DNA of 64,000 nt from Octopus sinensis. Taxonomy: Eukaryota. Positions 54,133 through 64,000 of this stretch are shown here, piece by piece. The stretch lies in NCBI RefSeq assembly GCF_006345805.1, contig NC_042999.1:17422001-17486000 (forward strand), written 5' to 3'. Positions within the stretch are counted from its first letter, which is position 1; the number at the start of each line of letters is the position of its first letter. The notes under the pieces are model-generated. The model searched no databases. It was not told the DNA's origin and saw only the letters and a list, made by a program, of their open reading frames with translations. The position numbers and the translations under genes were made by a program.

Positions 54133-54455
54133 GTGAGGGCGCGTGGCTTAGTGGTTAGGGCATTCGGCTCATGATCGTAAGGTTGTGAGTTCGATTCCCG
54201 CGACGCGTTGTGTCCTTGAGCAAGACACTTTATTTCACGTTGCCTCCAGTCCATTCAGCTGGCAAAAATGAGTTGTACTTGTATTTCAAAGGGTCAGCCT
54301 TGTCACTCTCTGTGTCACCTGATTATCCCCGAGACACTACGTTAAGGGTACACGTGTCTGTGGAATGCTCAGCCATTTGCACGTTAATTTCACGAGCAAG
54401 CTGTTCCGTTGATCGTATCAGCTGGGACCTCGTCGTCGTAACCGGCGGAGTCTTT
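54133..54455 (+). mobile_element. tRNA-derived SINE (family C-related head, different tail) in (TA)n
   Basis: A-box tggcttagtgg, B-box gttcgattcc, then gttgtgtccttgagcaagacactttatttcac. Confidence 0.85.
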
Positions 54456-54500
<45 letters not shown>

Positions 54501-54563
54501 TATACCTATATATAATCCAATATAGATATATATATATATATATATAATACCTATATATAATAC

Positions 54564-54603
<40 letters not shown>

Positions 54604-54712
54604 CCTATATACAATACATATACAATACATATAACATTTATATATATATAATACATATACATATATATATATATATATATAGATAATCCTATATACATAT
54701 CATATACATTAT

Positions 54713-54762
<50 letters not shown>

Positions 54763-54773
54763 TAGATATAATA

Positions 54774-54841
<68 letters not shown>

Positions 54842-54844
<3 letters not shown>

Positions 54845-54960
54845 GGCCTGCTCGCTTAGCCAGCGAGGTGGCGTCATTCGAAGGCTAAAACAATGCGAAC
54901 GCATTGTGACCGCGTGTGTAGCAACATCTGATGGTCTGGTCGGTCACGTGATCACGTGAT
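54842..54960 (+). mobile_element. Short unclassified repeat fragment in (TA)n, ending in a 16-bp palindrome
   Basis: GC-richer island between TA tracts, ending tcacgtgatcacgtga. Confidence 0.55.
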
Positions 54961-55686
54961 ATATATACATGCATATATGTATATGCATATATATATATAA
55001 GTATTTATATATGTGATATATATATATGTGTGTATTGTATATATATATATATGCATGTACGCATTATATGTCAACATACATACAAAGGTACACGCAAATA
55101 TATAATATATATATGTATATAAGTTTACGTGTGCCTGTGTATGTGCTTGTGTGTGTGTGTCATTATGTGCATAGTTCAATATCTAGAAGCATATATTGGA
55201 ATATAACCCTAATATCCTCATATTTGTAATCTATGTGAATATTTGACTGTAACGGTATATTTTGTTTGCCTCTTTCAGCACGTTGACCACCTACGTACAT
55301 ATCTTATGGTTGACTTTTAATTGCATACTGTTGAAGTTTACGCTGCTACAGCATATCCTACCACATATGTGTGCATGCGCGGCATGTTAATTCGTTTTTA
55401 TACATTTGTATAGACATGTTATATTAATCTAAAAGAAAGAAAGAACACAACTGAAAGACACGAGGAAAATTTTCTATGTTATCGCTCAATGTGCTATACA
55501 TTGCAACAAATCTCCCCCTCATATTAAAAAGGGAACTGATGACATATTCTTATATATTTGTTTTGAGTATACCGTATCAAAATTCAAAATTCATTGTCAC
55601 CATTCATCAATAAATACATACAGGCTTGATTGTGAGGTTAAGAAAATCGCTGTAGGTAGCGATAATTTTGCATCTTTCATGAAAGT

Positions 55687-55724
<38 letters not shown>

Positions 55725-55945
55725 TATATTTGTGTGTGTGTGTGTGTGTGTGTGTTTGTGGTGTGTGTGTGTATGTGTGCGCGTCTGTACGTCTGTGTTG
55801 TGTATATATATATACATATATGTATACAGACATATATATATACATACGTATATAACATGTATATATATATGTATATATATTATATATATATAATATACAT
55901 ATATATATATATGCATATACACACACAAACATACACATATATATA

Positions 55946-55981
<36 letters not shown>

Positions 55982-56018
55982 CATGCATACTTACATACCT
56001 ACATATATATATATATAA

Positions 56019-56172
56019 TGTGGTTTTAGAGTCAAGTTTTGTCAGCTATATCTTGCATGGTATCTTTTAGATAGCCTTAATTATAATTTTAATAATAATT
56101 ATTACCTATGAGGCTTTTATTCCCATGCTACCTACACGATACGATCGGCATTTTAAATAACGAACTAATCGT
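56019..56172. mobile_element. Unclassified TA-embedded repeat (homolog of 18460-18608)
   Basis: Same two blocks as 18460-18608, but in a different relative orientation. Confidence 0.7.
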
Positions 56173-56787
56173 TATATATATACACATATGCGTATATGAG
56201 TACAGGGCGCCACCAACATTAAACTACAAGTAATATGAAATCAAATGAGTTGAATACGCAATCAACGAGAGAAACAAATGGAAAACAGGACAAATATCAC
56301 AAAGAATGTCACTTCATCACTTGTCGGCTGTCTATCTACTTCTCTTTTCGAGCATTGAAATAAAAATTTTGGATTTATGGAGAGCCAAACGTGGGGAACA
56401 AAAACAGGACGTTGGAGACGTACAGGAAAAGCGAACGAAAACAAACATTGAGGGTCGTAAGACTAGAACGAGGGGAAAATAGCGGATGCTAGAGAAATAT
56501 TTTTTTTGAAAAGAGAATAGATAGAAAAGAGAGATAGAATATATCCAGGCCTTCGAAAAGTCCTGAAAGAAAAGAAAGATGATCACGTGAGGAAAGGAAA
56601 GATGGACCATGATCACCTGTGAGCAACAAGAGAGAGAAAAACGTATAGAGGCGGAGAGAGGGACAGATAGAAAACGGTGAGGGGGAGAAAAAGTGAATTA
56701 GAGAAACGGATGGGAGTGAAAACAGGAAAGAGCTGAGTAGCATCAAAAATTGTACATGTATGTGTGTCTGTCTCTCTTTCTCTCTCA

Positions 56788-56824
<37 letters not shown>

Positions 56825-56825
56825 G

Positions 56826-56866
<41 letters not shown>

Positions 56867-56908
56867 CACATATTAATATATATATATATTATATATATAT
56901 ATATATAT

Positions 56909-57230
56909 AGGTGTAGGAGTGATTGTGTAGAAAAAGCTTGCTTCCATGGTTCCGGATTCAGTCCCACTGCGTGACAATTCTACTGTAGCATTGGCCCTTG
57001 TGAGTCGATTTGGCAAATGGAAACTGAAATGAATGTATTTGGGCATCTGTTTTGGTGTCCTACTATCGCTTGACAACCGGATACTGCGTTGTGTTCTTGA
57101 ACAAAATCCTTCAATTCACGTTGTTCAAGTCTACTCCGCTAGCAGAAACGGGTAATCCAACGATGAACCAGTGTCCAGTCTAGCATGGTATATACGCGAA
57201 ACCAGCTTTATGACCTTATGATTCAGGAAA
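56909..57230 (+). mobile_element. Chimeric SINE fragments (family B head plus family C-like body)
   Basis: ggtgtaggagtgattgtgt...ttcagtcccactgcgtg, then gcgttgtgttcttgaacaaaatcc.tcaattcacgttg. Confidence 0.65.
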
Positions 57231-58640
57231 GAATTTTTATGTTTATTTTTGAAATTTTGTATGAGGACAAATTCACAAATATAAACTATTCAACATAAAA
57301 TATTCAAATATAAACGATACAACATACAATATTCAAAACAGCTTATAGCACTCTTTATAAATCTCACCAGATGGCTTTAAATATAAATTCGTAGATAGTG
57401 AAAACTTTCACATTCTGAAATAATTATTTAGAAATTATTAAACTAAATGTTACTTTGATCACCAAATTCTGTATTAAATACATAAATAGCACATAAAAGA
57501 TATACATTCTTAATTGCTGATAGTAATAAACATTTTAAATATACGTTTGGAGATTACGCATATCTCCTCGCTATTTAAAATTTCATGAAAACTTCTGGTA
57601 GCGCTTGTAACAAATAATTAAGAATGGCACATAAACTAGTGATCAAAATTCATTTACCAAAATATTTTTACTCTCTATTTTATGTTAAGGCAATTAATAC
57701 GTGTTGCAGATATCAACGTTAATACTACCGTGGTAATATATAAGACGATTCTTTTTCGCTTCAAGTTTTGAGCTTCTATCTAAATAGAATTCATTTCTTA
57801 AGCAATATTTTTGCCCTGATTCAATTTCTAGTTATGGTAAATGGATATGTCCGTAATTCAGTGAAGAGTCGTTGTTGATATTTTTAGTGTTTATTAGATT
57901 TGACCGAATGCATCTTTCAACTAAACGGTTTTCACCCAGAGGGTAACATTCCTTTTTAAGTAGAGCACATTACACAACCTCATCTACGAGGCCCTTCGAT
58001 ATGCTGACGTTAAGGTAGGATGTAATAGGAGAATTCGTTTGCTTTTCGTAGCAGAACGATGTACCACGTTGAAATTTCTGAATGGCTGGTGTAATAGAAT
58101 GAATGGTAATCCATAAGCATTTCTAATATGATAAAAAAATATATATAATTTTGACAATATTTGTGCTTTTCTGTGTAATACTCCGTCAAATAACCAACTT
58201 CACAAAGAGAAAAATCGTAGTGAACGCTAAAACCAAATGCCAGGCAACTTCAGATTCTCAGTAAATTGAAGCAATGTATATTTCCGGACTAGAGACAGAT
58301 GCCGAGTTTGCAACTTACGTATGTGTACACACACACACACACACACACACAAATACACACACACACACACAGTTAACAAGTTGTCAAGTGTGGAACATGA
58401 CAATCGCTACATAAATCTGAATGAAAGCACTAGTTTATTTCAATATTGTTATAATATTTTAATATTGTAGTTTATTTCAATATTGTAAAACTGTAGAACT
58501 TGTAACAATTTTAAAACGTAAAATGTGAAAATGAAACTAAGTCGGAATTTCGTTGTTGTATATATTCTTCTACATACAATCATCCAAACACTGATATCTA
58601 TGTATCTATCTATGTATGTAGCTATCTATCTATCTATCTC

Positions 58641-60361
58641 GTCATAGTGTCTAGCCACGAGCACATCGAGCAGGTCGGCGAGACACTGAAGCGGTGACAG
58701 GAGCAAAAATCAACCGGGAAAAGTCAGTGGGCTTGCGACTAGGCACCTGGAGAAGCAAGCCCATGCCGTCCACCAGCGCCTCCGTCGTGGGACGCTGGAC
58801 CGACAGCCCGGTTGAGTTGCTCGGGGTCTGGTTTGGTCCGGACCTCCAAGTGGAGAAGAACTGGAACGAGATAACGAGTAGGGTGGTCACTCTCGCCCGG
58901 CAATGGGCCGAGAGGAAACTGTCCCTAAAAGGTCGGGCGGAGGTGGCGAACACGTACATCGCGTCCGTCATCTACTACCGCCTGACCGTCCTACCTTGTC
59001 CCGACCCTACCATCACCAAACTACAACGCATTCTCTTTCGCTTCTTGTGGAAAGGATGCGTCCCGATGGTCAGGCGATCCATTTGCTGTCAACACCCGTT
59101 AAAAGGAGGGCTGGGCATGCCGTGGTTGATGATGCGCAGACACGCGCTGAGACTGCGACATCTCTGGCTCTATGTAGACGACGGTGAACAGGTGTGGTCG
59201 CCGTTTGTGAGGCACGCTTTCCCGCAGCTCGTCTCCATGACCGAACTGCAGTCGTGGATCAAAAAGAGGCCGAGGAAGGGCGAATGGCACCGCGAGGGTC
59301 GCGTTGCTCTCAAGCAACTCTGCCGTTCTTGGTCGACCTTGAGTGACTTCAACACAACCAAAGCATTCTATAGGGGTTTAGTGGAGGGGAGGTACGACGA
59401 CGAGCTCGGGGCGAACCTGGACGTCGACGAGGAGTACCTGACCCGCGTGTTCAGGACGACTTTCGGGCCAGGGCCCATGAACAACTTCCAGAGATCCTTG
59501 GTCTGGCAGTGCTACCAAGAAGCGCTACCCGTTCGGGATAAGCTCTACAGACACGGCTCGAGAAACACGGGGCCGACCTGCCCGAGATGCGGTCAGAGCG
59601 ACGAAACCGTTCTGCACGCACTCGTGCAGTGTCCAACAATTTCCGACCTGTGGGTTTATGTCGAACAACTGCTGTCACGTGTGGGACGAGTCGGTTTATC
59701 AGCTGAGTCTATCGTCAATATTGTCACGCCTCCTTCCTTCAAACGGGAAGGAAGAGCTATTTTCATCATCCTAGGGCTATGGCGAAGGAATGTATCTGGT
59801 GGACGCGTCTGAAAGGATTGGAGACAAACACTTTCCTCTCTGGTCAATCTCTCATCAACTTCTTCAAGTACCACTTGAAAAGGAAAGTGAGTGTAGAGAG
59901 GCAAGTTTTGTCTAGCGAATGTTTTAAAAAAAGATGGGTGAATGTAGCAAGAATGGCACGTATGAATGACGAAGCCACCTTGAGCATGATCCTATGAACC
60001 CAGAAATTGAAAACAGAGAGTTGCTTATTCGCAAAAAAAAAAAAAAAGAATATAACATGTGACTCCATTGACCGAGGTTACCGTGGTCTTTTCCGTAGGC
60101 TTTTCTTTCCACGGGTAAACCTCACCTGTCCTCCCCTTTACACTTCATATTGACATTTCTGTGATAACGATCCCTATTGATCAATTTTTTTTCCTCTCCC
60201 CCTTTTTTTAACACCCCTTTTTTTTGTCCTCTTTCTCTCCTTTTACGATCCCTTTTGATCGAAACTCCCCCTTCCTTTTTTTTTTTAAACCTTCAAAAGA
60301 AAAGCTCTACCTTGTAATTTGTTCTATCTGTGTGCAGCCCTGTGTGGCTAATAAAGAAACA
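58641..60361 (+). mobile_element. 5'-truncated Tx1-type (L1 group) LINE inserted in (TATC)n
   Basis: Begins just after the YADD region (VIVSSHEHIEQVGETLK...AVTGAKINREKS). Later motifs: LLGVWFG, LSLKGRAEVAN, KGGLGMP and CCHC knuckle CPRCGQSDETVLHALVQC. Frameshifts near 58690 and 59775, stop at 59997. T-rich 3' UTR ending aataaagaaaca. Confidence 0.92.
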
Positions 60362-60394
<33 letters not shown>

Positions 60395-60499
60395 CTCTAT
60401 CTATCTATCTATCTATCTAACTATCTATCTTTCTATCATTCTATCTATCTATCTATCTTTCTATCATTCTATCTATCTATCTATCTATCTATCTGTCTG

Positions 60500-60536
<37 letters not shown>

Positions 60537-60571
60537 ATCTATATCTATCTATCCATCTATCTATCTATCTA

Positions 60572-60606
<35 letters not shown>

Positions 60607-60742
60607 CTATCTATCTATCTATATATCTACCTATCTATCTATCTATCAATCTATCTATCTACCTATCTATCTATCTATCTATCTATCTGTCTATCTACCT
60701 ATCTATCTATATATCTGTCTATCTATCTGTTTATCTGTCTAT

Positions 60743-60795
<53 letters not shown>

Positions 60796-60800
60796 AATAT
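60362..60800. repeat. (TATC)n microsatellite
   Basis: Visible. Confidence 0.95.
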
Positions 60801-60832
60801 GTACGTCTGTATGTCTAATGTCTGCATATAAA

Positions 60833-61013
60833 TATCATGCTCGGAATGGTCAGTGGCAAGAGAGGAAGAGGCCGACCAAGAACCCGCTGGCTTGACACCA
60901 TCAAGGGTGATACCGGAATGGACATAGCCAATCTGAAAGAAGCGGCCCAGGATAGAACTGACTGGCGGACACTGATCCAATGAGTAACCGAGAGTTGACT
61001 TCGACTGAGCCGA
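60833..61013 (+). mobile_element. 3' fragment of an RTE/BovB-type LINE
   Basis: Translates IMLGMVSGKRGRGRPRTRWLDTIKGDTGMDIANLKEAAQDRTDWRTLIQ, the hallmark RTE C-terminus (GxRxRGRPxxRW...AxDRxxWR). Confidence 0.88.
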
Positions 61014-61076
61014 TATATATATATATATATATTATATATATTATATATATATATATATTATATATATATATATATG

Positions 61077-61278
61077 ATTCGCTAGCCTCTGCACGCATTT
61101 TTTTTCTCCCCTTGTTTCTCTCCGTGTTTCTTTTCTGTGTATGTTTCTGTCGAAGAGCGTAGGCTCGAAACATAAAATACTTGTTTTATTTGTATTCCTG
61201 AGCGCCATACTAATACAATTGTTCGTTTGTATTCCATCTGCCTTCGTCTTTTGCTTATTTTCATAAGGCTTCCCGTTA
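61077..61278 (+). mobile_element. Penelope-like pLTR element with minimal hammerhead motif (61142-61179, A6U core)
   Basis: tgtttCTGTCGA-a-GAGC-gtag-GCTC-GAAAcaTA-aaata; (TA)n on both sides. Confidence 0.72.
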
Positions 61279-61776
61279 TATATATATATATGTATATATA
61301 TATATGGTAAGATAAACAAAGTATTCATGGTAAAGTAAACAAAGTATTCAGTCTAGTGAGGAACAAATGATATTTAATAAACACCGTATGATGTTTATGT
61401 GCTACTATAAGATTCATGTGCTGCGGGCATGCCATAAAGTGTTTGTAACAAGTATGGTCTCCTCGCACAATCATGAGACAATGCTCTCGAGGCATAATGA
61501 ACTAAGAATTGATTGATGAGATGAGAGAAAATGCTAGAAAATGTGAGAAAGAATTAGAAATACAAGGTAGCATGTTGAAACACCGGTTAACATTTTATAT
61601 CTACTTGTTTCTCGTATTTTCTCGTTTTTTCTCACGTCCTATCGTCCCATTAATATTTGTTATGCCATGTGGGAAGTATCTGATGATTGTGCTAGGACAC
61701 CCACCAGAGGTGTTAAAAAATGCTGTCTGGCATGCTTCTTTGCACATAAAACCATATACGGTGGTTACTAAATAAG

Positions 61777-61813
<37 letters not shown>

Positions 61814-61914
61814 CTTATATATACATGTGCGTGTATATATAAGTATATATATATACATACTTATATATATATATACATACATGTCTATGTATATATATAT
61901 ATATATATATATCT

Positions 61915-61975
<61 letters not shown>

Positions 61976-62914
61976 AAGTAAGTAGTTGTACACATATATA
62001 TCTATATGACTATACATTTACGTATATATTTCATACGTATTTATACACAGATACATCATACATACACAGAAATATATGCATTTATCAATGTCTCCTTCAG
62101 TGTATGGGAATTAAATTTTATAATGTATAAATTCTTTAAAAAGAAAAGTATGCAGACATGTCACAGACAATAGTTGAGACGAGAATACGTAAAAGCAAGT
62201 ATTTCTGAGTGCTAAATGAATTATATTAGAAGAGGCTTGCAAAGTTAGATATACACTGAAGATTGAGTGCTTTACAAGATGTATTCTTCGTTGCAGACAT
62301 CGTTACTACTTTTATCTTGCATAAAACCTGCAAATATTTAAAATGGTTGATAAAATATGAAAACAAAAATCGATAAATTTATGCTTGGATATGTTTTTAT
62401 AAATTCTATTTAACTATAGCGTCATAATATAAAGTTATTTACTTCCAAACTAAGTGCAGTGTAGATATTTAACTTATTTTGCTAAATGATGTAACAAACG
62501 TTTTGATACTTAAAATTCTGTGGCTTATGCTTGGTATATTAATATTATATCGTTCTGAAATTTTAAAAATTCTATAGGTTTTTGGGCACAGAGAAATGGA
62601 TTCCAAGGTTTGATCCACAGAAAATATGAATTATAAAACATTTGAATGCTTTATACTTCCAACAGTTTTAATGGTGTTTGTTTATTTTTATGTTCCAATG
62701 TTTGAAGTGCCAATAGCTACAGATGAACTTATAGTCTAAATGTGGAATCTTCCATCGATAATGGAACAATGGAATTTGAAAACTCTCACGTTGTAATGTG
62801 GGAACTGTGATATACGCTGTGGTTGGCTTTAACAAAAATACATATAAAACATCAGTAATGCATATGTACAGAAAATATTTTTCAATATAAAATTGATAAT
62901 CGTAAGCAATAACA

Positions 62915-62938
62915 ATTATTATTATTATATTATTATTA

Positions 62939-62989
<51 letters not shown>

Positions 62990-62995
62990 CATTAT
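62915..62995. repeat. (TTA)n microsatellite
   Basis: Visible. Confidence 0.95.
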
Positions 62996-63292
62996 TAATA
63001 TTCTCGTTAACATCTTCTTTCAATTCTGTTTCCATTTCTTGCCTAGTGTCTACCTGACACCTATATTCATGTATCAAAATGTGACCGCATGAGTACCATT
63101 GGCGATTTTTTTTCCCTCCGTCTTCCCTTCTCTGGTCCTTTCCTTTTCCTATGTTTTCTGACGAAGAGCTCCGCTCGAAACGTAAAACCCTCCATCTGCC
63201 CTTCCTTCTTGAGCGTTTAATAATACTATATTTGTTCCACGTCCTCGCGTTGTTGTGTTTTCTCTTTGTGTTTCCATGTTTGGATTAACTTT
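62996..63292 (+). mobile_element. Penelope-like pLTR element, second family
   Basis: Pyrimidine-rich tract, hammerhead motif, then tgagcg...taatac shared with the first family; ends at (TA)n. Confidence 0.7.
63153..63188 (+). ncRNA. Minimal type I hammerhead ribozyme motif
   Basis: CUGACGA (63158-64), extra A, stem II GAGC/UCC/GCUC, GAAA (63177-80), palindromic ACGU mini-stem III, UA cleavage site after 63184, helix I UUU/AAA. Confidence 0.7.
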
Positions 63293-63303
63293 ATATATAT
63301 ATA

Positions 63304-63511
63304 GGGAAAGTTCATGAAAAAAACAAAAGACGAAGACAGGTGGTGTACAAAACAAACAGATGTATTAGTATAACGCTCAGGAATTGAAAAAGTATTTTAC
63401 GTTTCCACCCTACACTCTTCTACAGAAAGTGACACAGAAAAACAAAACAAGGAGAGAAACAAGGAGAGAAAAAAAAAACTTGTGTAGTGGCTACCGATCT
63501 ATCATGGCGAC
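63304..63511 (-). mobile_element. Penelope-like pLTR element (first family) with degenerate hammerhead at 63392-63429
   Basis: Reverse strand ctttCTGTAGA-a-gagt-gtag-ggtg-GAAAcgTA-aaatac; homologous to 18623-18826. Confidence 0.7.
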
Positions 63512-63934
63512 TATATATATAAGAATATACACAGACAGGCACTCACACGCGGGTCCACACGCACGCACACATGCACAGAGAAACACGCACCTACACACAC
63601 TCACACACACAATCACATATGCATATATATTCTCGCACTCATTATATATTCATAATACATCCATATGTACAAAACCTATATATTCATGCGTGCAATTAAG
63701 CTTGTAAATGCAAGTGGCCCTTAACTGTTGAAGGAGAATGTAACATGTTCTTATGTATCTGATTTTGTTACGAGTTCATTCGGTGCAATTATCTATTTAG
63801 CCATATTTACATGTAAATCATAAATCATACTAATTGAACATCTGGAAGAAAATAATCTCGTGCAAATATCCCAAATGAACGTCTTTTTCTTTTTTCTTTC
63901 AGAAACGTTAATAAAATAACACTACATATATATT

Positions 63935-63986
<52 letters not shown>

Positions 63987-64000
63987 TATATATATTATAT

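Noticed and set aside
54133-54210. tRNA gene candidates (also 31699-31765 and the SINE A/B heads)
   Set aside because: A and B boxes are present but there is no complete cloverleaf or acceptor stem, and each runs into a SINE body.
56195-56720. Purine-rich TA-flanked segment with GTGATGAAG on the - strand, possibly another pLTR
   Set aside because: No complete hammerhead and no second copy in the window to confirm it.

Overview
This is AT-rich, repeat-saturated eukaryotic DNA with no recognisable host gene. The SINE families and extreme (TA)n/(TATC)n/(TAA)n microsatellite load suggest an octopus (coleoid cephalopod) genome; that assignment is inferred from pattern recognition, not a search. 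Real coding sequence is all transposon-derived: a young 5'-truncated CR1-group LINE (2244-4397), a 5'-truncated Tx1-type LINE sitting in (TATC)n (58641-60361), further Tx1, RTE, R4/Dong and CR1 fragments, a mariner fossil and a hAT-type fossil. The rest is several tRNA-derived SINE families, fold-back elements, local duplications and a 100-N gap. Almost all other ORFs in the track are microsatellite translations. Three observations stand out. (1) The dominant SINE carries a 3' tail matching the Tx1 LINE 3' end (37/44 nt, ungapped). (2) That SINE repeatedly inserts at one position inside its own head, building concatemers with seven matching junctions. (3) Several non-coding Penelope-like elements lodged in (TA)n carry minimal hammerhead-ribozyme motifs, and one family has a fixed CUGUNGA (A6U) core variant.
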